This document shows positions 19,364 through 26,928 of a stretch of 32,000 nucleotides of DNA, one piece after another; within the stretch, counting starts at the first letter, position 1; every line of letters starts with the position of its first letter. A program made the translations under genes and the position numbers. The notes beneath the pieces are model-generated. The model searched no databases and was not told the origin of the DNA. It saw only the letters and a list, made by a program, of their open reading frames with translations. The stretch is from Propionibacteriaceae bacterium (GTDB lineage: Bacteria; Actinomycetota; Actinomycetes; Propionibacteriales; Propionibacteriaceae). The stretch lies in assembly GCA_031256725.1 (NCBI GenBank), contig JAIRQE010000006.1, positions 30,001 to 62,000 of the forward strand. Reading direction: 5' to 3'.

Positions 19364-19630
19364 TCAGGACTTGGGATCGTCTGGTCCGTCGAGTACGTCT
19401 TTTGCCTTATCCACGAGGTCTTCTGCTGCATCCTTAGCCTTCTCAACGAGCGGGCCAGCAGCGTCCTTAGCCTTTTCGACTAGGGGTCCTGCTGTGTCTT
19501 TTGCCTTCTCAACGAGCGGGCCTACCTTCTCAGCAAGATCGCCAGCAACAGTTTCTGCTTTGTCTGCCAGGCCACCAAGTGCGTCCTTGGCTTTCCCAAC
19601 AAATTCTTCAATGTTTTCCTGGATGCCCAT
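19364..19630 (-). CDS. Small hydrophilic protein built from 11-residue amphipathic repeats (LEA / CsbD / MT0933-like general-stress type)
   Basis: ATG at 19630 is preceded by AAAGGAGAAGC; the track's longer 19696 start has no RBS. The 88-aa product is MGIQENIEEFVGKAKDAL...GPLVEKAKDTA GPLVEKAKDAA GPLVEKAKDAA EDLVDKAKDVL.... I do not recognise a specific characterised family. Confidence 0.55.
   Translation of the reverse strand: MGIQENIEEFVGKAKDALGGLADKAETVAGDLAEKVGPLVEKAKDTAGPLVEKAKDAAGPLVEKAKDAAEDLVDKAKDVLDGPDDPKS
19397..19528. repeat. Four imperfect tandem 33-bp repeats (coding, 11-codon periodicity)
   Basis: The units are 19397-19429, 19430-19462, 19463-19495 and 19496-19528. Each begins (g/a)tc(c/t)tt(a/t)gcctt, and units 2 and 4 share ctcaacgagcgggcc. 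Confidence 0.7.
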
Positions 19631-19806
19631 AGCTTCTCCTTTGTTGATGGTCACATTCTGTGACCCTCTCAGGTTATCATCGATTGGTATCAACACATAG
19701 AGGAACGGGGAACTTCTCTTGCTTGGAGAGACAATGAATTTCGCGATTGTGTGAGGTCGCTTTCTGTGGTCAGGATTTGTGGTTTCGAGGCCATCATTGA
19801 AGGGGT

Positions 19807-20400
19807 TTAGCGACGGACCTTAAGAACGCGAAATCCTTTGGCTGAACCCAGCCGTGTGACAACCCATCCCTGGGATTCCAGCCACGAATGAAGGGAATCA
19901 GCGCCAAGGTTCTTTCCCACAACGAGGGTTGCTTTTCCTTCCGGCGTGAGACGTACCAACCATGTCGAGAGCAGGTCATGGAGGGCTTGCTTTCCGATCC
20001 TGATTGGCGGGTTAGACCAGATTTCATCGTACAAGGAGTCAGAAGGTACATCCTCGGGTCTGGAGGCATGTACCCTATCACTCACGCCAAGACGACTGGC
20101 ATTGTCTGTGGTCAGTTGCAGTGCCTGGTCATTGACATCAATGGCATCAATATCAACACCTGGGCAAGTCAAGGCAATTCCCAGGGCGATGGGACCAAAC
20201 CCACACCCCAGATCAAGGAAACGTGCAGGGCGATCCTCAGGTGGGGGAGCCAATCGGAAAAGAACGGAGGTACCAGGATCAAGTCTCGTTGCTGAGAAAA
20301 CCCCATCAGCGCTGAGAAGAGTGAAGGTGTGCTCCCAGATGGTTGCTGTGACCTCGTGGCGCTTACCCATGGATTCCGGTGTGATGAAATAGTGGCTCAT
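19807..20400 (-). CDS. Small class I SAM-dependent methyltransferase (RsmC/RlmG-type 'MTS' domain, YbxB-like; probable rRNA base methyltransferase)
   Basis: SAM motif I FLDLGCGFGPIAL and the N-methyltransferase motif IV NPPIRIG. At 197 aa it is a stand-alone catalytic domain. 4-nt overlap with truA. Confidence 0.8.
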   Translation of the reverse strand: MSHYFITPESMGKRHEVTATIWEHTFTLLSADGVFSATRLDPGTSVLFRLAPPPEDRPARFLDLGCGFGPIALGIALTCPGVDIDAIDVNDQALQLTTDNASRLGVSDRVHASRPEDVPSDSLYDEIWSNPPIRIGKQALHDLLSTWLVRLTPEGKATLVVGKNLGADSLHSWLESQGWVVTRLGSAKGFRVLKVRR

Positions 20401-21230
20401 GATTGGGGACTCTCATCTCGGCGGGCCTTGGCCTGGTTGGCTCGTTCCTCCAGATGCTCACTAGGAGGATAGGTCACCTCTTCGAGGGTGAGTCCGTGAG
20501 CTGGCATAACAACGACATCATTCGCTCGTCTACCAGAGTTCAGATGTGTCGTGATCCAGGTCACATCACGAAGTCCTCGTCCCACACCGACCAAGCCACC
20601 AACCAGGCAGCGCACCATGGAATGACAAAAAGCATCCGCCGTCACAGTGATCTCGATCATTCCGTTGGGATTGCGTTGGGGGCTGAGTTCCATGAGGGTA
20701 CGAATAGAGGTACCTGTATCTTTCGGCTTACAGAAGGCAACAAAATCGCGGAGACCAAGCAAGGGTTGGGCTGCCTCGGTCATGGCTTCCACATTGAGGG
20801 AATGGGGATAGGTCACTGAGAATCGGCGTGTGAGAGGATCAAAAGCTGGACAGTCCCATAACCGATACACATAGCGCCTCTTCAATGCCGAGAATCGGGC
20901 GTCAAAGGCTGGGGGTGCTTCATCTATTGATTGAACAGCAACGTCGTCTGGTAGTGCTCGTGGCAGCCATCGTCGAAGACCCTCAACGGTGGGGAGACTC
21001 TCTCCTCGAGGTGGCTGGATCATGTCGTCAAGATCAAGGTGAACAACTTGACCCCTGGCATGAACTCCAGCATCAGTACGTCCAGCGCAGATTGTTGCTG
21101 GATGCTTCGGAAGTCTGAGTACCTGTGCGATCGTGTCTTCCAAGGTCGATTGTACGGTTCTGCGGGCGGGTTGCCTGGCCCAACCTGAGAAGTCTGTACC
21201 GTCGTAGGCGAGGTCTATACGAATCCTCAT
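20397..21230 (-). CDS. truA: tRNA pseudouridine(38-40) synthase TruA
   Basis: MRIRIDLAYDGTDFSGWARQP and the catalytic block GRTDAGVHA. 4-nt overlaps with both neighbours. Confidence 0.92.
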   Translation of the reverse strand: MRIRIDLAYDGTDFSGWARQPARRTVQSTLEDTIAQVLRLPKHPATICAGRTDAGVHARGQVVHLDLDDMIQPPRGESLPTVEGLRRWLPRALPDDVAVQSIDEAPPAFDARFSALKRRYVYRLWDCPAFDPLTRRFSVTYPHSLNVEAMTEAAQPLLGLRDFVAFCKPKDTGTSIRTLMELSPQRNPNGMIEITVTADAFCHSMVRCLVGGLVGVGRGLRDVTWITTHLNSGRRANDVVVMPAHGLTLEEVTYPPSEHLEERANQAKARRDESPQS

Positions 21231-21991
21231 GAGCCCACCTTATGATACTCGAAGTCATAGATAGTACGTCCAGCTGCGACCCCACGGGATTCAAACTTCG
21301 TTAACGGTCGAGTCCCGAAACGCTGCCTACTCGCCAAAGTGAAACGAGTGTCCTGGGCGAACGTGGCCTCCATGGCCACAGCATAGGATTCCCAGTCCGT
21401 AGCCAGACGCAGCACCCCTGTGGGTGTGAGTTTATGCCACACCAAATCCGCGAAACTGGGGGATACGAGACGCCTCTTGTGATGCTTCTTCTTCTGCCAA
21501 GGGTCAGGAAAGAAAACCCAGATCTCATCAATGGAATGATCAGGTACAAGATGGGTCAAGCCAGAGATAGCATCAGCTGCGATCAGTCGAACATTGGAGG
21601 TACCCGTGGAGGCAATCTTGCCCAGGGTGGAGGCAATGGAAGCCTCAAAGACCTCAAACCCTACGAAGTTCTTATCTGGAGATTCGACGCAGGCTGCAGC
21701 CAAAGTCTCTCCATGTCCCGAACCAATCTCCACAATCAGGGAAGCCCTACGGCCAAAAATCTGGTCAAAGTCGAGAAGGTCCTGGGGTCCCACGGATGTG
21801 GCAAGGTCCCCAGAAGCGACATCAATGACCCACAGTGGGCTGTACCTTTCAAACCAACCATGTTGAGAAGCAGTCATACGCGGACTCCTGCGTACATAGG
21901 ACACGATAGACCTCATGGGTCGATTGGTGACCGGGCTGTCTTCTTTCACAGCGGAATCCTTCCACATTCGATGTTCAACCATCAAACCCAC
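21227..21991 (-). CDS. trmB: tRNA (guanine46-N7)-methyltransferase TrmB
   Basis: SAM motif VEIGSGHGE and the diagnostic FPDPWQKKKHHKRR block. The start is ambiguous: GTG 21991, ATG 21982 or ATG 21967, none with a clear RBS. Confidence 0.88.
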   Translation of the reverse strand: MGLMVEHRMWKDSAVKEDSPVTNRPMRSIVSYVRRSPRMTASQHGWFERYSPLWVIDVASGDLATSVGPQDLLDFDQIFGRRASLIVEIGSGHGETLAAACVESPDKNFVGFEVFEASIASTLGKIASTGTSNVRLIAADAISGLTHLVPDHSIDEIWVFFPDPWQKKKHHKRRLVSPSFADLVWHKLTPTGVLRLATDWESYAVAMEATFAQDTRFTLASRQRFGTRPLTKFESRGVAAGRTIYDFEYHKVGS

Positions 21992-22055
21992 AACCTGAAC
22001 TCTTGAGGGATTTACATGTCTTTTCGTCCTTGAAAAGGGGAAGTATGATGTCCAG

Positions 22056-22658
22056 ATGAGCCACGTCTACGTCTTTGCCTCCACCTTTGTCACATTGTGG
22101 GTGATCCTGGACCCACCAGGATTACTTCCAGTTTTCATAGGCCTGACAAGGACAATGACTACACGCGAACGTACATTCGCTGCACTGAGGGCTTCCTTGG
22201 TTGCCTTGGGTGTCATCGCCTCCTTCGCGGTATTCGGCAAGGTGATTCTCAAGTACCTCCAAATCTCGGTTGAAGCACTGCAAGTCTCTGGAGGCTTACT
22301 CCTGCTCTTGGTTGCTCTACAAATCCTCATGGGCGAGATGGATAAAGTTGAAGCTGATGAGTCCCGTACCGTTAATGTGGCTATCGTTCCACTGGGAACC
22401 CCTTTGCTGGCAGGCCCAGGAGCCATTGTGGCCATCATGGTGGCCGTCCAGGGAGCCTCCGGTATCGACTACCTCCTTGTAGCTGCAGCCCTCATTGGGG
22501 CCATGATCACCGTCTTTATGATCCTGGCCTTTGCTACAGCAATTCAACGAGTTCTCAAAGACGCAGGTACGATCCTGCTGACCCGAATTGCCGGGGTACT
22601 CTTGGCTGCTATTGCCGTACAGATGATGGCCGATGGGGTGTTGGGTTTCTTTGGATGA
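22056..22658 (+). CDS. MarC-family (UPF0056) integral membrane protein
   Basis: Six hydrophobic segments. The N-terminal FVTLWVILDPPGLLPVFIGLT resembles the MarC family signature (hydrophobic-x-DP-x-G-x-x-P-x-F). Confidence 0.8.
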   Translation: MSHVYVFASTFVTLWVILDPPGLLPVFIGLTRTMTTRERTFAALRASLVALGVIASFAVFGKVILKYLQISVEALQVSGGLLLLLVALQILMGEMDKVEADESRTVNVAIVPLGTPLLAGPGAIVAIMVAVQGASGIDYLLVAAALIGAMITVFMILAFATAIQRVLKDAGTILLTRIAGVLLAAIAVQMMADGVLGFFG

Positions 22659-22712
22659 TGACCTCATTTGGTCAAGAAGCCAACTACCCCCTACAATAAG
22701 TAGCTGGTCCTC

Positions 22713-22788
22713 CGGGGCGTAGCGTAGTGGCTAGCGCGCCTGCTTTGGGAGCAGGAGATCGAAGGTTCGAGTCCTTTCGCCCCGACCA
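22713..22788 (+). tRNA. tRNA-Pro (anticodon UGG), CCA encoded
   Basis: Manual cloverleaf fold. Acceptor stem is CGGGGCG/CGCCCCG. D arm is GCGT-AGTGGCTA-GCGC. Anticodon arm is CCTGC-TTTGGGA-GCAGG, giving anticodon TGG. The variable loop is AGATC, the T arm is GAAGG-TTCGAGT-CCTTT, and the 3' end is a discriminator A followed by CCA. Total length is 76 nt. Confidence 0.9.
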
Positions 22789-23043
22789 GATGTTCAACGT
22801 TCGAACCTGACAACATTCTGTACCCAAAACGGGTTCTGGTGTATATGAGGTGTACCCTGAAATCCGCACACTGCGTTGTTTAGATTTCAGCCTGGCTGAC
22901 ATTGCCATGACACACATCCTTCCTCAAGTCTCTCAGACTTGTTTGGACAGTGTGCGGAAAACGGGGGCACTACAAGGTGCTGGGTTCGTTTTTGGCGTGG
23001 TTGGAGTCGGGTTTTGAGTCTCGTTTGGGTCGAGGATGCTGTG

Positions 23044-23095
23044 CGACGGCGATAATGGTTAGCGCTCAAAGCATGCAAAATCAGGAGGCCAGGAG
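23044..23095. repeat. Left copy of a ~51-bp imperfect direct repeat bracketing hipBA (overlaps the hipA stop codon)
   Basis: cgacggcgataatggttagcgctcaaagcatgcaaaatcaggaggccaggag aligns with 24766-24816. Identical blocks are cgacggcgataat, cgctcaaa, caaaatcagg and aggag. By eye this is roughly 80% identity with one 1-nt indel. Confidence 0.7.
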
Positions 23096-24403
23096 GTCAT
23101 AGGGATCGAAAGGATGTATGAAAGTTGGGTCGTCGTCTCCAAGATCGAATTCTTGGTGGAATGACTGCCCAGACCAATTGGGTTCATTTGTTGGCATACT
23201 CTTATTGGCTTCATTGATGACCTCGACTAAACGATGCATGGTATCGGGTGGAACCAATTCGAGACCCACTTCAGCCGACCCAAATCCCTCCTGAACGACT
23301 TCAGTTACTCTGCTGGCGACCTGGATAGCAATCTGGAGAACCCTGTCCGTGTCAAGGCCTGACTCGCGAGCTAATGATGCCCACTCAGTTGGTGTGACCT
23401 GGGAATACCTGTAGGCTTTGCCTATATGCATCCCAAGGTTTGACCGAAATCTGGGCCAATAGGCCACACAAATAGCATCGTACATTGGTGCCAATGTAAC
23501 ACCATCTGGTCTTATGAAGACTGAGTAATTCTTGGCGTGGGCGTCTACATTTGCGACTGAAACATTGAAGGCTAGTCTCTCAATGAACTCATACCCCAAT
23601 GTATCACTAGGATCGACCGAGCGTAACATAGTAATTGCCGAAGGAGCGGTTAGCTTGTACTTATCACCCGACCGCATGCCAGTAGCCTGAGCAAAATCCT
23701 CCACATGAATCCTGGAGACAGTCCCATTGGATCTATCTCGGTCGAAACGCTCAACAATATATGAGGATTGGTCGAAAACCTTGAGAATGCCTGCAAAAGG
23801 TGTATCGATTCCCACCACCTGAGAGAGTCGCATGGTCCACACTTCGATCTCTTGAACATGATCGATGGAAAGCTTCCCCGGCTTGAGAATATGCGTTGAC
23901 GGGAGACTTGGTGAAGACCAGTACCAAACACCATGAGAACGGGATAATGCGAATTTCGCCTGTGATCCGGCAAGTGAAAACCGCTCCTGTACGGCAGTGT
24001 CGATCCAGGTATCGGGGTCATCGCGCAGCGCCCTCATGCGGTAGGCAATGTCATCAAAAGAGGCCTCCCGATATGGATGCTCGAAAGCAAATGGGTTCAC
24101 TCCGGCTGGTACAAGGACAAGTCCCCCAGCAATGTCGGTTCCTACTACTTCCAATAAGTCGAAGGTGCTTGGTGAAGTAGCACAAAGTACTTCCGCCATC
24201 CTTTTCCTGGTTTCACGGCGATCGGGAAGAAGGTTTTCGAGGAAGGTGAAAGGCGCGTTTGGCTTCCATGCTTCACCACGCGGCATGGATAGTGAGATAG
24301 GTGTACCAGCATCTGATGCATACTCGAAATGTACTGTTCCAGAATCGGGCTGAGTAAAACGGCCGACAAAGGTACCTTCAAGCCACGCATCAAGCTGACG
24401 CAC
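23081..24403 (-). CDS. hipA: HipA-family Ser/Thr kinase toxin (full-length, type II TA)
   Basis: The N-terminal HipA coupling domain reads LDAWLEGTFVGRF...SLSMP...FLENLLPD. The autophosphorylation/P-loop-like segment is SLAGSQAKFAL, the catalytic block is NVDAHAKNYSV, and the Mg-binding block is LAPMYD. GTG 24403 gives a canonical N-terminus and a 14-nt overlap with hipB. The track's TTG 24436 is an alternative. Confidence 0.88.
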   Translation of the reverse strand: MRQLDAWLEGTFVGRFTQPDSGTVHFEYASDAGTPISLSMPRGEAWKPNAPFTFLENLLPDRRETRKRMAEVLCATSPSTFDLLEVVGTDIAGGLVLVPAGVNPFAFEHPYREASFDDIAYRMRALRDDPDTWIDTAVQERFSLAGSQAKFALSRSHGVWYWSSPSLPSTHILKPGKLSIDHVQEIEVWTMRLSQVVGIDTPFAGILKVFDQSSYIVERFDRDRSNGTVSRIHVEDFAQATGMRSGDKYKLTAPSAITMLRSVDPSDTLGYEFIERLAFNVSVANVDAHAKNYSVFIRPDGVTLAPMYDAICVAYWPRFRSNLGMHIGKAYRYSQVTPTEWASLARESGLDTDRVLQIAIQVASRVTEVVQEGFGSAEVGLELVPPDTMHRLVEVINEANKSMPTNEPNWSGQSFHQEFDLGDDDPTFIHPFDPYDLLAS

Positions 24404-24659
24404 GTGGACCCTTAAATAAAGCTGCCGGAAGTACAAGGGGCTTGATGCCTAAAGAAGCCAAAACCACATGTGCTGCGGCAACATTAGGTTTTGCGCGACC
24501 GTTCTCTACTTGTTTAAGGTAGCTGAGTGAAACACCAGCCTTCTTGGCTAGCTGCTGTTGGGTAAGGTTCAATCCAAGGCGTTCTTCACGAACAACCACA
24601 CCAAAGCGCTGCAACGTATGAATATACTTACGCACCCTGTAGGCAGGTGGGCTGGTCAT
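24390..24659 (-). CDS. hipB: HipB-like XRE-family helix-turn-helix antitoxin
   Basis: HTH segment LTQQQLAKKAGVSLSYLKQVENG, located directly upstream of and overlapping hipA. ATG 24659 is preceded by AGGAGCCACAGTC; the longer 24704 start lacks an RBS. Confidence 0.8.
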   Translation of the reverse strand: MTSPPAYRVRKYIHTLQRFGVVVREERLGLNLTQQQLAKKAGVSLSYLKQVENGRAKPNVAAAHVVLASLGIKPLVLPAALFKGPRASA

Positions 24660-24765
24660 GACTGTGGCTCCTAGAATAGAACAATATCGCCCTAGTCTAT
24701 CCACTCTCAGCCCAAAACCATACCTCAGAGGATGGAAGGTTCTGGATGACTACGCTGAAAGAGTA
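24660..24765 (-). promoter_or_regulatory. Candidate hipBA promoter/operator region
   Basis: This is the only non-coding DNA upstream of hipB. It contains an imperfect inverted repeat, plus-strand GAATAGA (24674-24680) / TCTATCC (24696-24702), matching 6 of 7 with a 15-nt spacer. The repeat is flanked by CTAG tetranucleotides and lies just upstream of the RBS. I could not identify clean -35/-10 boxes. Confidence 0.3.
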
Positions 24766-24816
24766 CGACGGCGATAATAGAGACGCTCAAAACATACAAA
24801 ATCAGGGGGCTAGGAG
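24766..24816. repeat. Right copy of the ~51-bp direct repeat bracketing hipBA (immediately 3' of the distal large membrane-protein gene)
   Basis: cgacggcgataatagagacgctcaaaacatacaaaatcagggggctaggag; see the left copy at 23044-23095. Confidence 0.7.
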
Positions 24817-24828
24817 CTGAGGGCATGT

Positions 24829-26808
24829 TTATGAGTTACATGCATCAATACGGAAGAGCTTGGCTTGACCATTTTCAGCTAATAGTGTGAATCCTTCGGC
24901 CTGGTCGAGATCCTTGAGGCCAGGGTATTCGGGGTGGACATCATGGGTCATAAACTCAAGAGCATAGTCAAGATCAAGTGCTTCAATGGCTTCGCAAACC
25001 TTAGGGTTGGTTTGAGCATCGCGTAAGGAGTACCTAATGAGTGTCTGGCTTTTACTATCGTTGCCTGTGACATGAGTTGAGGAGACAAGGATCCCTGTGA
25101 GAGCGTAAGTGAATGAACTTCCGCTCCATGGATTATTTGCGATTCGTGCATCGGGGGGAACAAATTCGGGCAGACGCTGGATGAGGGCGTACTCGTCAGA
25201 ATCAACAGGTGCAGCAGAAGGATCAACCCAATAATGCCAGTGCATCCAAGAGATGTGACTACTCATAGCAGGTGAGAGTTGAATTCCTGTCACAAGGAGG
25301 ATTCCTGCTGCCACGTAAGAAAGTACCTTCACTGGAGGGATATTGATACGAGGAAGACGTTGTGCTAGCCAAGATGCCCATTTTAATAATTGTTGGATAC
25401 CCATGACTGTAGTGGGATAGAGAGCTAGAACAAGCAGTGCTCCCACCCGGTGTGGGTCAGTGTAATAAATTGACACAAGGAGATTTCGTATCTTTCCTCG
25501 GGGCATGGCAGAGGCTGCCACCCATAGAACACAGATGATAGTAAAGGTCCCAGCCCACCACCGTAGGCTTGCGGTACTCACAAAATATATAATTCCAGAA
25601 ATGATGAGGAAGGCGAGAACCCAGAAGGGAGAGACTGCCATGGGCGAGGCAGAAAGAATCTCTATAAATGATTCTGAGAGGGTTGTGGATGGGGGCCACC
25701 CATCCTGGATCATGGAGAAGATCCACATAGAAGCGAAGGCTATGAGGGTGACTACAGTAGCAGCGATATAGGTTGCTGTGATGAGGGTCACCTTGGAGGA
25801 TTTCTCTGCTCGTGCCTTGCGAATTCCTCGATATGCCCACACGATGCCAACTGGAGATATCATTGCCATCAGGGAGAGAACAGCATTCGGGTGAGCCAGA
25901 AAGAGTCCTACGAGGCATCCCAGAAGGATAACAATACGGTGGGGTAGGGGGAGAGAGGAGCCTCCAGGGATGATGTTAAGAATGGAAAGGATAAGCCCGA
26001 AACAGACTGGAATAAGGGAGAAACCGAGAGTATTGGGGTAGACCACCCCGAATCCAAGGATCAGTGTTGGAAATGCAGCAAAAGAAGCTGAAAGGATTCC
26101 CGCCGAGATGATCAGAGGAGCACTGGCTTGGGGAAAAAGCTTCGAGACAAGAAATAGGCATGACAACGGCCAGATGACGGCCATGAGTACCCAGATAACA
26201 GAGTTGGCTGCATGTCCGATGATTGTCGAGTTGATGGTGATGGCAGCCAGGGATACTAAATCATGCCAGGCCGCCGGGTAGAAACTGGAGGTTTGCCCCA
26301 GAGTTGTTACGGAGCTCACGGTGAAGCTTGAGGCTTGTCCTGTATCCAGGATCCACCTCACGGCGTTCATATGGAACATGTTGTCATAGGACTGTGAGAA
26401 GCTATCGGGGCGGTCAAACATCTGTACAAATTGCCATGTTGCGATAATCATCGCACTCACTAAAGCCACCAGGGAGGGCCAGGTTTTTTGCCACTGAGAG
26501 GGCTCTTCATTATCTTTGCTTGTCGGCTTAAACCACCGAGGTAGCAGGGCTAACCCAGCTCGATCAAATCCCCACGCGATCACGCACAGTACCGCAGTAA
26601 GGCCAACGATTGGAATCCAGTTCCAGGAGTCTAACCTTATCCATCCAGAGATGATTGCTGCCACTGCAACGATCCCTACCGACAGGGTTGGAGCAACTCC
26701 CATGAGAGACCATCCTCGAAGTCGAAGAAGGAAGCCGAGAAGAAGTCCTGGCACTAATACGGCAGCCAGTACCGACAATATATATGGTACAAGAATTAGC
26801 CAATCCAC
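24829..26808 (-). CDS. Large polytopic membrane protein, paralogue 2 (659 aa). Candidate GT-C-type polyprenyl-phosphate-sugar-dependent glycosyltransferase; family not recognised, possibly the actinobacterial 'DUF6541' group from memory (unverified)
   Basis: GTG 26808 is preceded by AGGAGAATC. There are 12 or more hydrophobic segments by eye, a conserved loop FSQSYDNMFHMNAVRW, and a hydrophilic C-terminal domain of ~130 aa ending FRIDAC. It is colinear with, and about half identical to, the upstream gene. The coding call is solid; the function is inferred from context only. Confidence 0.75.
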   Translation of the reverse strand: MDWLILVPYILSVLAAVLVPGLLLGFLLRLRGWSLMGVAPTLSVGIVAVAAIISGWIRLDSWNWIPIVGLTAVLCVIAWGFDRAGLALLPRWFKPTSKDNEEPSQWQKTWPSLVALVSAMIIATWQFVQMFDRPDSFSQSYDNMFHMNAVRWILDTGQASSFTVSSVTTLGQTSSFYPAAWHDLVSLAAITINSTIIGHAANSVIWVLMAVIWPLSCLFLVSKLFPQASAPLIISAGILSASFAAFPTLILGFGVVYPNTLGFSLIPVCFGLILSILNIIPGGSSLPLPHRIVILLGCLVGLFLAHPNAVLSLMAMISPVGIVWAYRGIRKARAEKSSKVTLITATYIAATVVTLIAFASMWIFSMIQDGWPPSTTLSESFIEILSASPMAVSPFWVLAFLIISGIIYFVSTASLRWWAGTFTIICVLWVAASAMPRGKIRNLLVSIYYTDPHRVGALLVLALYPTTVMGIQQLLKWASWLAQRLPRINIPPVKVLSYVAAGILLVTGIQLSPAMSSHISWMHWHYWVDPSAAPVDSDEYALIQRLPEFVPPDARIANNPWSGSSFTYALTGILVSSTHVTGNDSKSQTLIRYSLRDAQTNPKVCEAIEALDLDYALEFMTHDVHPEYPGLKDLDQAEGFTLLAENGQAKLFRIDACNS

Positions 26809-26928
26809 GATTCTCCTAGTAAAACTGGCGTGGTAAACAGTGAAGACTGTATCGAGCTAAAGTATACCGAGCAAGCGTCATCATGATTCTTCGTGAATGA
26901 GGGATGGTGAGATTTCGTGCAAAACATG

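Noticed and set aside
19371-19700. 109-aa plus-strand mirror ORF opposite the 11-mer repeat protein
   Set aside because: Its product is Ser/Ala/Pro/Thr/Phe-rich low complexity that simply mirrors the repeat. The minus-strand frame has a strong RBS and a coherent amphipathic 11-mer pattern. Only expression data could settle this formally.
21434-22006. 190-aa plus-strand ORF antisense to trmB (also 21594-21866)
   Set aside because: It lies entirely inside the well-supported trmB gene on the other strand and has no motifs. I treat it as a shadow ORF.
22680-22707. Inverted repeat CCAACTAC / GTAGCTGG between the MarC stop and tRNA-Pro, considered as a terminator
   Set aside because: It has one mismatch in an 8-bp stem, a 12-nt loop and no U-run. 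It abuts the tRNA 5' end and may instead be tRNA precursor sequence. The evidence is not strong enough to annotate.
22684-23078. Two minus-strand ORFs (22684-22917 and 22887-23078) in the tRNA-Pro / hipA gap
   Set aside because: The first runs antisense through the tRNA gene. Both encode Arg/Gln/Ser-rich sequences without domains or an RBS. I treat the region as non-coding; see the finding on its inverted repeats.
24404-24436. TTG start at 24436 for hipA (47-nt overlap with hipB)
   Set aside because: GTG 24403 reproduces the canonical HipA N-terminus (x-LD-x-W-L-x-G) and gives a shorter overlap. The extra 11 residues (YFRQLYLRVH) look like read-through of the hipB 3' end.
23044-24816. Integron-type gene cassette (attC-flanked) interpretation of the hipBA repeats
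   Set aside because: The 51-bp repeats are direct, not internally palindromic, and lack the R''/L''-L'/R' (GTTRRRY) organisation of attC sites. No intI gene is present.
22789-24828. Classical tRNA-targeted integrative element (integrase plus attL/attR repeat of the tRNA 3' end)
   Set aside because: I looked for a second copy of the tRNA-Pro 3' segment (ggttcgagtcctttcgccccgacca) and for any integrase- or recombinase-like ORF within the window. I found neither. The only direct repeats are the unrelated 51-mers flanking hipBA.
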